NCBI GenBank assembly: GCA_003345595.1 | Contig: PRDI01000088.1 | Coordinates: forward strand, 1 to 22,670 | DNA length: 22,670 nt | Source: Candidatus Thorarchaeota archaeon | GTDB lineage: Archaea; Asgardarchaeota; Thorarchaeia; Thorarchaeales; Thorarchaeaceae | Reading direction: 5' to 3' | In this document: one piece after another, positions 8,278-16,617 of the stretch | Position numbering within the stretch: the stretch's first letter is position 1 | Layout of the letters: each line of letters begins with the position of its first letter | The notes under the pieces: generated by a model | Database searches by the model: none | Seen by the model: the letters and a program-made list of their open reading frames with translations, nothing else | What the model was told of the DNA's origin: nothing | Program-made: the position numbers and the translations under genes

Positions 8278-8611
8278 TGGCGTCTGCTTCTGAGTATCTA
8301 TTAGTACTGGACTGAGCCGTACATCGGACAACGTACCGAAGAACTGACTCCAGTCCATTCATCTTCTTTGGCCAGATGACAGACTGGGCGACCCCCGTCC
8401 GTGCGAGTGCCAGCCTACAGGCCAGCTGATCCGGGGTTTCGCATCCGCTCATGACATTGGAACGAAAGAAACGGACTGAGCCTACAGCGCAAGTTTCTGA
8501 AATCCCAGAAGGCTGTATCATCAACTGCGACCATGTGCATAGCCCAGATGCTTGGAGGAAGAGTTATCTGGCACATAATGGCCCTAGCAGGCTGCTAGCG
8601 GTGATGCTGGG

Positions 8612-8875
8612 ATGAAAGCCTACGTCCTGATCAAAACTGCCGGAGGCAAGGAGGACGAAGTCCTGCGAAGACTCCTAAGCCTGTCCACTGTAGAAGAGGC
8701 TCACAAGGTGTTCGGGCAGTATGACATTGTAGCAGAGGTCCGTGGCAGGGACATGGAAACTATTGTAGAGATAGTCACTGCTCGAATCAGGAAGATTGAC
8801 GGGTTGCTGGACACACATACCTTGCTTGTTGTCGACCCCGAGATAGACATGGCCTCTTCAAGCCTAGCCTCTTGA
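8612..8875 (+). CDS. Stand-alone Lrp/AsnC ligand-binding (RAM) domain protein, no HTH
   Basis: MKAYVLIKT...VEEAHKVFGQYDIVAEV...IRKIDGLLDTHTL is the classical demi-FFRP pattern. GGTGA RBS upstream. Confidence 0.92.
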   Translation: MKAYVLIKTAGGKEDEVLRRLLSLSTVEEAHKVFGQYDIVAEVRGRDMETIVEIVTARIRKIDGLLDTHTLLVVDPEIDMASSSLAS

Positions 8876-8978
8876 GCATACTTGGCTCACTGCCCGTGCT
8901 GAGTCCGTTCGAGAATTCGTTAAAAGGGATGGGACCAGCATAAGGTCCATCGGGACCAAACCACAGGAGGCAATCGGT

Positions 8979-9824
8979 ATTCCCGCTAAGACCCTTTCAA
9001 GAAAGCCCTTCGCACTTATGCTGCTGGATGAATCTGGAGAACTGAAATCAGTCAGGCTGGATTCCAGTTACGTGACAAGCGATAACGCTGTCATTGTGCT
9101 TGATGAGTATCATGACACATGTTGGGTGTGGATCGGCAAGAATGTCAGCATGCCGACGAGGATGCACGCCCTACGAATGGGAAAGAGCGTGCAGAAGGCA
9201 GGCCACAAGGTTGGCACCACAACAATTGGCATGGCATCGTCACGGATTGTTGAGATGAACGAGAAGAATGAAACCGACCCTGAGGTCGCTTCCAACATAT
9301 CCTCATTCAGAGAGGCCCTCAGGGCAAAGTGGAAGTTTGAGGACGAGATACTGGCGTTCGATGAGAGCCGAGTAACAGGTGGCGCACCTCTCGCGGCAAG
9401 AAGAATGGAAGCTCGTGCCCCAGTGACGCCGCCGACTCTGACCGCAACAACCGTTGCGCTGTCCTCTAGGCCCCCGCCTCCCCCTCCAAGGCAAGTACCG
9501 TTCACACCTTCTCGAGAACCAAAGACCAGTGCCGCTCCAATGCCGCCCAGGACGAAACCTGCAGCGCCAGAGAAGGTCGAAACAACAGTCGACCAAAAGC
9601 TGGCATATCTGCTTCTCTCAACCATCAAGAACTCAGATCTTGTCTACACAGAGAGGTTTGAGAGGAATGGTAAGATCGGATTCAAGATTGAAGCACCCGG
9701 GATTGTCGTTGTAGAGGCGATTCTGGATGGCAACACATTGAGGATTGAACCGCCAAGCTTTGGCGACTCTGAGGGTGCATCACGCATCAGGTCGGAGTAC
9801 GAGTCTTGGATGAGCAAGACCTAG
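8979..9824 (+). CDS. Gelsolin-domain protein with Pro/Thr/Ala-rich polyproline linker and C-terminal domain of unknown function
   Basis: VRLDSSYVTSDNAVIVLDEYHDTCWVWIGKNVSMPTRMHALRMGKSV...RIVEMNE...FREAL matches the gelsolin repeat consensus (V.L..SSL.S.DVFILD....IYVWxG..AS..E...A...A...I..V.E....F...L). PPPPPP at 9471-9488. The first ATG is 9018; the RBS suggests ATT 8979. Confidence 0.82.
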   Translation: MPAKTLSRKPFALMLLDESGELKSVRLDSSYVTSDNAVIVLDEYHDTCWVWIGKNVSMPTRMHALRMGKSVQKAGHKVGTTTIGMASSRIVEMNEKNETDPEVASNISSFREALRAKWKFEDEILAFDESRVTGGAPLAARRMEARAPVTPPTLTATTVALSSRPPPPPPRQVPFTPSREPKTSAAPMPPRTKPAAPEKVETTVDQKLAYLLLSTIKNSDLVYTERFERNGKIGFKIEAPGIVVVEAILDGNTLRIEPPSFGDSEGASRIRSEYESWMSKT

Positions 9825-9904
9825 TTGCTGGAGACAACAGACAGTAGAGGACACGCAACCGGCGCTGTACTCACGCCGGGAATCCTGTGTTGGGTGCGTC
9901 AGCT

Positions 9905-10660
9905 CTACTGTCCATGGACTCGACACCAATACGTATAGAGAGTCCTCAAACCCATCTTCTTATAGAGGGCAAGAGCAGGTGTGTTCTTTTCCTCGACTTG
10001 GAGATATACCCTGGTCGCTCCCTTTTCCATCGCCCAACTCACCAACGACTGGCACAGAGATGTGGCGACGCCACGCCGCCTGTACTGGTCCAACGTTTCG
10101 ACGCCAAATAGCCCAAGCCAGCCTTGCTCGACAACTCCAAAGCCCACTCCCGCAGTCTGTCCATCCACCGTTGAAAGAGCAAATACATGGTCCGGCTGAA
10201 TCCGCTCAAGTATACCCTTGCGGGCTTGAAGCACCATACCCTCATACCCGCCAGCAGCGGCATAGGTTGTCAGCCAATCCTTTGTGAGGACAGGGCTCAG
10301 ATGAACCACCCATGGCCGTTCCGCAGCCACCAGCCGCCTTATGGTGGCCACCTGCGCATGAACACGCAATTCCACGGCGTATCCAAGACGCGCAAGTCTG
10401 TCGTCAAGCTCTTCTGGTAGGCTCGCCTCCGTCATCTGGAACTTCGCCTCAAGCCCATGACGTTCATAGAAGAACTCCACGTAGTCTATAGCTTCATCGA
10501 GGTCAATCCCGGGGTCGCCAAGTGGGAGTACGCTATTGGCCCGTCTCGTGACTCCATCATTTGCCCTGAGCTTCCAGTTTCCTAGCTGTTCCATGTCACG
10601 GGCAGGCCATGCATTGGAAGCGATTTCCTCTATTTGGCGTATTAGTTCAGGTGCTGTCAA
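9905..10660 (-). CDS. GNAT family N-acetyltransferase (two-lobed, with N-terminal 'NAWPA...GxTxRANS' domain)
   Basis: Motifs NAWPA and WKLRANDGVTRRANSV, acetyl-CoA motif A (YRRRGVAT), and YLQVEEKNTPALALYKKMG. TTG start with GGAG RBS. Confidence 0.92.
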   Translation of the reverse strand: MTAPELIRQIEEIASNAWPARDMEQLGNWKLRANDGVTRRANSVLPLGDPGIDLDEAIDYVEFFYERHGLEAKFQMTEASLPEELDDRLARLGYAVELRVHAQVATIRRLVAAERPWVVHLSPVLTKDWLTTYAAAGGYEGMVLQARKGILERIQPDHVFALSTVDGQTAGVGFGVVEQGWLGLFGVETLDQYRRRGVATSLCQSLVSWAMEKGATRVYLQVEEKNTPALALYKKMGLRTLYTYWCRVHGQ

Positions 10661-10775
10661 GGCTCGGTTCTCCAGAGTAGACTGAGCGTCTACTACCTTT
10701 ATACCAGTCGACAGGTGCGGCGCTGCGTCATCTTAATCAGCCTGCTGTCTTCATCAGCGGCCCGAGGATCACGCA

Positions 10776-11717
10776 ATGAGCCAAGTCCGCTGGAACTCGA
10801 TGTTGGGTGAATGGGTAATAGTCACGCCAAAACGAGCCGGAAGACCCTTTCAGGAGAAGGACCGGGAATGCCCCTTCTGCCCGGGCCGTCCGGAAACGAG
10901 AGGGCCGTGGAGAGTCCTGACACTCGACAACAGGTTCTCTGCATTGAGTCCCGACGGAGGGCCGGTGGGCCTTCAGGAGGGCGTTGTGGTCGGAGCACCA
11001 GCTTATGGCTTCTGCAAGATCATCCTTCTGTCACGTGACCACAAGCAACAGATCGAAACGATGGATGATACGCAGTTAGCACTCGTCTTCTCGGAGTATC
11101 TTCGCGTGTATTCCGAGCTGAGCAGCCAACCTGGTATCAAGTATGTAATGGAGTTCGAGAACAGAGGCAAGGCAATCGGAGTGAGCCTTGACCACCCTCA
11201 TGCTCAGGTTTACGCACTGCCTTTCGTACCTCCCAGAATACTCAAGGAGGCGGAGCAATCAAAGATGCTCTGGGATTCTGAAGGCTCTTGCCCCATCTGC
11301 CAGACGATTGAGAAGGAGGTCAAGTCGGAAGATAGAATCATCAAGCAGACAGAGAACTTCATTTCGCTTGTGCCCTATGCTGCCCGACTGCCATATGAAA
11401 CTCACATCTATCCGAAGACTCATGTTTCAAGTCTAGTCGAGCTGAAGGCGCATCTCCTTGAACTTGGACAAGTCATCAGGGATGTAGTCCAAAGATATGC
11501 CGCGGTCTTTGAAGAAGTCGCCTACGTGATGGTGTTTCACACCCGACCGGGTGTGGGCGACAATCCATATTGGCACTTTCATGTAGAACTCTATCCGCCG
11601 TGGCGCGACAGGAGCCGACTCAAGTACCTAGCGGGCATAGAAACTGGTGCTTGGACCTATACAAACGATTCCACACCCGAGGAAAAGGCAAGGGAGCTCA
11701 GGAGCGCGCTCTCATGA
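10776..11717 (+). CDS. galT: Galactose-1-phosphate uridylyltransferase (class I, HIT-like)
   Basis: Motifs RWNSMLGEWVIV..RAGRP, CPFCPG, NRFSAL, FENRGKAIGVSLDHPHAQ (catalytic HxHxQ), CPIC, WHFHVE and KYLAGIE. Confidence 0.95.
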   Translation: MSQVRWNSMLGEWVIVTPKRAGRPFQEKDRECPFCPGRPETRGPWRVLTLDNRFSALSPDGGPVGLQEGVVVGAPAYGFCKIILLSRDHKQQIETMDDTQLALVFSEYLRVYSELSSQPGIKYVMEFENRGKAIGVSLDHPHAQVYALPFVPPRILKEAEQSKMLWDSEGSCPICQTIEKEVKSEDRIIKQTENFISLVPYAARLPYETHIYPKTHVSSLVELKAHLLELGQVIRDVVQRYAAVFEEVAYVMVFHTRPGVGDNPYWHFHVELYPPWRDRSRLKYLAGIETGAWTYTNDSTPEEKARELRSALS

Positions 11718-12877
11718 TCCATGTCCCCGAGGGTATGCTTGATCGGCTTCGAGATATGGTTGGGGGCATCGCCACACGACCCCTGCTGTCTCGCGCACCC
11801 GGCAGGGTCGAAGTCTTGGGGAACCATACGGATTACAATGGGGGAATCGTCCTAGCCGCTACTATTGACCGGTTTGTCTGGTCGCTTGGAATCCCCGCAG
11901 CGGATCCAACCATATGCTCGGCAGACTACCAAGACTTGGTTTCTTTCTCTACAGAGAGTCTCAGTCCCACGGGGATGCACAGGTGGTATGACTACGCAAA
12001 GGGAGTGTACTGGGCGCTTCTCAGACGAAAGCAACAGCCCAAGGGAGTCGCGGCTGTGATACACGGCAACGTTCCGATTGGTGCAGGACTCAGTTCCTCT
12101 GCCGCGTTCGAAGTTTCATTGACAAATCTTGTGGCGGAAATCAGTCAACTCGACCTGAAACCCAAGGACAGCGCGATGGCCGCGTTCGAAGCTGAGCGCC
12201 TATACTGTGGTGTGGCATGTGGCGTGATGGACCAGTTCACATCACAGTTAGGGAAACCGCATTCCTCACTGGCGATATTCTGCTCAACGCTTGAAACCCG
12301 GGATATTCCTCTCAGCAGCGATGTGAGCCTCGTCATAACTGACTCCATGATCTCCAGATCTGCCGGTGATGCACTGAACCAGCGAATGATCGAGTGCCAG
12401 ACAGCCCTCAAGACACTCAGGCAGGCAGGATGGCAGATATCAAGTCTGAGCGACGTTACAAGTGATCGCCTGAAACTTGTGGACAGTATGCTTGATGACA
12501 AACTGGCGAAACGCGTACGTCACGTGGTAACTGAGAACGAGCGCGTCCTCCTTGGCATCAAAGCACTTCAAGAGGGAAGGGTCAGAGACTTTGGCATGAT
12601 AATGTATGAGTCTCACAATAGCTCTCGGAACCTGTATGATGTGTCTCATCCCCGACTAGATCTCTTGGTGGACATAGCCAAAAGGCAGGACGGGGTCATA
12701 GGCAGCAGAATGACGGGGGCAGGATTGGGTGGCGCAGTACTCAGCTTGGTTGAGAGCAAGCAGGTTTCTCAGTTCGTCAAGCATGTGACTGCCGAGTATG
12801 CTAGGGAAACAGGTCAGGTACCCAATGCAATGGCATGCAAGGTCCCCGGCGGAGTAACAGTCGACCCTGTGCCATAG
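11714..12877 (+). CDS. galK: Galactokinase-family (GHMP) sugar kinase
   Basis: Motifs APGRVEVLGNHTDYNGG, P-loop VPIGAGLSSSAA, CGVMDQ, RVRHVVTENERV and GSRMTGAGLGG. The true start is ATG 11714, overlapping the galT stop (ATGA), not 11570. Confidence 0.92.
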   Translation: MIHVPEGMLDRLRDMVGGIATRPLLSRAPGRVEVLGNHTDYNGGIVLAATIDRFVWSLGIPAADPTICSADYQDLVSFSTESLSPTGMHRWYDYAKGVYWALLRRKQQPKGVAAVIHGNVPIGAGLSSSAAFEVSLTNLVAEISQLDLKPKDSAMAAFEAERLYCGVACGVMDQFTSQLGKPHSSLAIFCSTLETRDIPLSSDVSLVITDSMISRSAGDALNQRMIECQTALKTLRQAGWQISSLSDVTSDRLKLVDSMLDDKLAKRVRHVVTENERVLLGIKALQEGRVRDFGMIMYESHNSSRNLYDVSHPRLDLLVDIAKRQDGVIGSRMTGAGLGGAVLSLVESKQVSQFVKHVTAEYARETGQVPNAMACKVPGGVTVDPVP

Positions 12878-12933
12878 CTTCATGAGGGGCATGTTTCATA
12901 TCGACCTTTCGAATTCGGACCGACGACAACAAC

Positions 12934-15882
12934 ATGACTGGGGCCACACCTTTGAAGCCGGATGGAACAGAAGCGATAGTGATCAGTGAAACACACTGGG
13001 ATAGGGCTTGGTATCTGCCTTTCCAGCAGTTCAGACTGAAGCTTGTGAGGATGGTTGACAACCTGTTTCGGATACTCGAGAAGGACCCTCAGTTCACGCA
13101 TTTCACATTTGATGGGCAGACTGTGGTGTTAGAGGACTACCTCGAAGTCAGACCGCAAGAGCGTAGCAGACTGGAAGGTCTCGTTCATGGCGGCAGGATT
13201 GCTGTCGGCCCCTGGTATGTTCTCCCAGACGTGTTTCTAGTTTCTGGCGAGGCACTGATTAGGAATCTCATGGTGGGTCGAGAGATAGCCCAGCAATTCG
13301 GAAAGGTGATGGACGTAGGATACATCCCTGACCCGTTCGGCCAGATCAGCCAACTTCCCCAGGTCCTGCTACAGTTCGGCTACGACTCGGTCATTTTCGA
13401 ACGAGGAACGGGGGACGAAATGGATGGGCTTGGCGCCGAGTTCATTTGGGAGTCCACTGATGGAAGCGAAATACTGGCACACTGGCTTCCTGAGGGGTAT
13501 GGCAACATAGCGAACCTGCCCGAAGAAGTGGACGACGCAGTCACAGTGATAGAACAGGTCATGGACAAGCTCCGTCCGTGGTCACGAATTGGTCTCTGCC
13601 TACTGATGAATGGGTCAGATCACCTCGAGGCTCAGCCACACCTTCCGAAAGTCATCCGCACATACAACCAGAAGCATGACCGCAAGATAGTTCTCAGTAC
13701 GTTGCCGGCGTTTGTCGAATGCATGCGCCAGCATAGACAGGAACTCAAGAGGTTCAGAGGAGAGTTCAGACGCTCCAAGTATCAAAATCTCTTGTCAGGT
13801 GTCTATTCAGCTAGGACCTATCTGAAGCAGGCAAATGACAGAACTCAAAGGCTACTTGAGAGGTGGGTTGAACCTTGGTGTGCGGCAGCCCAGGTATTCG
13901 GCATGACATACCCTCTTGATGAGATTGGGCTGGCCTGGAAATACCTCTTGAAGAACCACCCACACGATGACATCTGTGGCTGCAGCATTGACGCAGTCCA
14001 TGAAGACATGATGCAGAGATTCAGATGGACGACAGAAATCGGTGAGGCGCTGCTCGAACGAGCCTTCGAAACCATTACTCATAGGTGCCGGAGCAGAACT
14101 CGGGGCGTGGTGGTTTTCAACCCATTGCCGTACATGAGATCCGGTGTAGCTGTTCTGGAAACCGCCGTTTCAGACATCCGCTTTTCGAAGCTGGCAAGGG
14201 TTCAGATCTTCAATCCGTCGCTCAAGCCGAAAGATGCATTGGAGGCTGCCAAGAACGAGCTTCACATATCCTTCGTCAGGAGCCAAGGATACGATCCCAC
14301 ACCCGACGCCACGAGAGAAGTAAAGACTGCAGCCGGGACCTTCACTGAATTCGAGTTCAACTTTACGGGCATGATGACATTGTATCCCCAAGTCAAGGAC
14401 ATGCTGCGACATTTGTCCACGGTCTATAGGATAAGAGTGAACTCCAGAAATGAGGTGGTTGAAGTGTGGGCCCACAAGTTCGATGCTGAAGACTCCATGA
14501 GCGGCGTCGTGTCACTCAAGGATGAACACGGAAGGCCGGTCCTTGTTCAGGAGCTTGGCTCGGAGGTGCGCAAAGATGACAAGGCCCATCTGGTCGCAGA
14601 CTACGAGGAGTTCGCAAGGGTCGCAATATGGGCAGAGAACGTTCAGGGACTGGGAGCGAAGCGGTATGACCTCTCATTGGCAGAAAAGGGAACTAGTGCA
14701 AAACCGATTGGGGCGGTTCGTTGCAGCAGAAACACGATAGAGAACGATTTCGTGCGGGTAAGCCTACTCAATAACGGGACAATGGCCATCTTTGACAAAC
14801 GCACTGGAGAGGAATACCGAGGGCTGCTCGAGTTCGAAGACAGTGAGGACGTTGGAGACGAGTACGACTATTGCCCTGCGTACGTTCACAAAAGCATCAA
14901 GTCTGGCTTATCTCAGTTCAACGTTGAGTCCGTTCTCAAAGGCCCGCTCTTAGGAAGTCTACGTGTCAAAGGTCAGCTCAGACTACCCGTATCTGCTACA
15001 GCTGACTTAACAGCACGATCAGAGGAAACTGTCGACTGTGACTTCACAACTGAATTGACACTGGAAATCGGCAGTCCAACAGTCCACGTCGTCACAGAAT
15101 TCAACAACATGGCAAGGGACCATAGACTTCGCCTACTCTTCCCGACAGGGACCGACTCCAAGACCTGTCAGGCAGACAGTACGTTTGATGTCATCGAGAG
15201 GCCAATTAGGCCGAAACCATCAGCAGGTTGGCATCAGCCTGTCGCACCCACATACCCACTGAGGAACTTCGTGACCATGTCATCAGATAGGAGAGGGTTG
15301 ACTGTCACGACAACAGGGACGATGGAGTTTGAGATTCTTGAGGAGCAAGCATCGACAATAGCGGTCACACTCTTGAGATGTGTCGGTTGGCTCTCAACAG
15401 TGAATATGCAGACAAGACCTGAGTCTGCAGGACCGATTCTGGAAACGCTTGGAGGACAGTGTCTCGGAAAGCATCGATTCACTTACGCAGTCACTCCTCA
15501 CGAGGGCGATTGGTTGTCCTGTATGTCCCATCACGACTCCGAATCGTTTCTCCTACCCTTCACCGCTAGGCTCCTGCCAGCAGCAGATGATACAGAAGGC
15601 GTCTATGAACAGGGGTTCGTGAGCATCGAGCCTAAGACAATCAAGCTGTCAGCGTTCAAAGGCTCAGAAGACCGGAATCACTTAGTGCTGCGTGTTTGGA
15701 ACATCGCTGACAAGCCCGAGAAATGTCGAGTCTGCTTGGGATTTCCAGTCAAGACAGCAGTCGGAGCTCGTGCGGATGAGAGTCCAGACGAAGCACTGAC
15801 AGTGCGGACCAACGATTCGCGCATGCTGCAGTTCACTGTTCAACCAAAGAGGATAGCTACGATTCTGTTGGACCGCGAGTGA
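12934..15882 (+). CDS. Glycoside hydrolase family 38 (alpha-mannosidase / MngB-like mannosylglycerate hydrolase)
   Basis: Zn motif THWDRAWY, FDGQT, GPWYVLPD..LVSGEALIRN, nucleophile PDPFG, NGSDH and HPHDDICGCSID. C-terminal motifs DVGDEYDY, DHRLR and VTLLRCVG. Confidence 0.95.
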   Translation: MTGATPLKPDGTEAIVISETHWDRAWYLPFQQFRLKLVRMVDNLFRILEKDPQFTHFTFDGQTVVLEDYLEVRPQERSRLEGLVHGGRIAVGPWYVLPDVFLVSGEALIRNLMVGREIAQQFGKVMDVGYIPDPFGQISQLPQVLLQFGYDSVIFERGTGDEMDGLGAEFIWESTDGSEILAHWLPEGYGNIANLPEEVDDAVTVIEQVMDKLRPWSRIGLCLLMNGSDHLEAQPHLPKVIRTYNQKHDRKIVLSTLPAFVECMRQHRQELKRFRGEFRRSKYQNLLSGVYSARTYLKQANDRTQRLLERWVEPWCAAAQVFGMTYPLDEIGLAWKYLLKNHPHDDICGCSIDAVHEDMMQRFRWTTEIGEALLERAFETITHRCRSRTRGVVVFNPLPYMRSGVAVLETAVSDIRFSKLARVQIFNPSLKPKDALEAAKNELHISFVRSQGYDPTPDATREVKTAAGTFTEFEFNFTGMMTLYPQVKDMLRHLSTVYRIRVNSRNEVVEVWAHKFDAEDSMSGVVSLKDEHGRPVLVQELGSEVRKDDKAHLVADYEEFARVAIWAENVQGLGAKRYDLSLAEKGTSAKPIGAVRCSRNTIENDFVRVSLLNNGTMAIFDKRTGEEYRGLLEFEDSEDVGDEYDYCPAYVHKSIKSGLSQFNVESVLKGPLLGSLRVKGQLRLPVSATADLTARSEETVDCDFTTELTLEIGSPTVHVVTEFNNMARDHRLRLLFPTGTDSKTCQADSTFDVIERPIRPKPSAGWHQPVAPTYPLRNFVTMSSDRRGLTVTTTGTMEFEILEEQASTIAVTLLRCVGWLSTVNMQTRPESAGPILETLGGQCLGKHRFTYAVTPHEGDWLSCMSHHDSESFLLPFTARLLPAADDTEGVYEQGFVSIEPKTIKLSAFKGSEDRNHLVLRVWNIADKPEKCRVCLGFPVKTAVGARADESPDEALTVRTNDSRMLQFTVQPKRIATILLDRE

Positions 15883-15922
15883 TTGGGGGCTGGCATATCT
15901 CATGGAGAGTCATAAGGAGTCG

Positions 15923-16585
15923 TCATGGTAGGTTCCTGAAGACCAGACAGTAGCTGTGATCGTAGCCGTATCCATATGTGCCGCACCCGTCGTCCTGTCC
16001 CTCCCAACCGACCACAACCTCACCTTCGAAGTAGAACACGCGTGAGATCTCTCGGGCGACGTCCCATGCGAAAGGTGTGACCTCTGCGCGTTTCAGGTTC
16101 GAGGCTTCTATCACTAGGCGCCCGTGCGGCTTGAGAATCTTCCTGACCTTTGTGCAGACTCGGCCAAGGTCCCTGAGATACGAAGCATAGTCCCCATCAG
16201 TCCTCGAGCAAGTAAGGGGGTTCATCCCATCATCCCTGTTCATGTAGGGCGGTGAAGTCATGACAAAGTCAATCCTTGGCAGTCCATACGAGTCTAGCCT
16301 GAGAGCATCACCTAGGATTACATTGGACTTGTGTTGCACTTCTGACTTGATGAACCCGAAACGACTCCCGTCGAGCTCTATGCCATAAGGGACCCGTCCC
16401 ATGTCTTCTGCGACCAACATAGTTGTGCCCAGTCCTGCGAACACGTCCAGGACAGTATCCCCGGGTTCTGTGTACTTGCCAAGGAAATACTCAACGAGTG
16501 CCTCGGGATATCGATTGTCCTGGGACTGGAACTCAGGCGGCAGTAATCGCTTCTGAATTCTCTTAAGTACGATGAAAGTTCTCAT
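15923..16585 (-). CDS. Small orphan SAM-dependent amino-methyltransferase (N6/N4 DNA-MTase or Trm11-like fold; SPPY)
   Basis: YPEALVEYFL..YTEPGDTVLDVFAGLGTT (motifs X and I), GIEL, GDA, IDFVMTSPPY (motif IV) and LKPHG. ATG 16585 is preceded by GGGAG. Confidence 0.85.
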   Translation of the reverse strand: MRTFIVLKRIQKRLLPPEFQSQDNRYPEALVEYFLGKYTEPGDTVLDVFAGLGTTMLVAEDMGRVPYGIELDGSRFGFIKSEVQHKSNVILGDALRLDSYGLPRIDFVMTSPPYMNRDDGMNPLTCSRTDGDYASYLRDLGRVCTKVRKILKPHGRLVIEASNLKRAEVTPFAWDVAREISRVFYFEGEVVVGWEGQDDGCGTYGYGYDHSYCLVFRNLP

Positions 16586-16617
16586 AGGCTCCCGACCGCT
16601 AGGTAGCACAACAACGA

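Noticed and set aside
11570-11713. 48-aa N-terminal extension of GalK in the ORF track
   Set aside because: It overlaps the galT 3' end. The ATGA coupling at 11714 gives a normal-length kinase.
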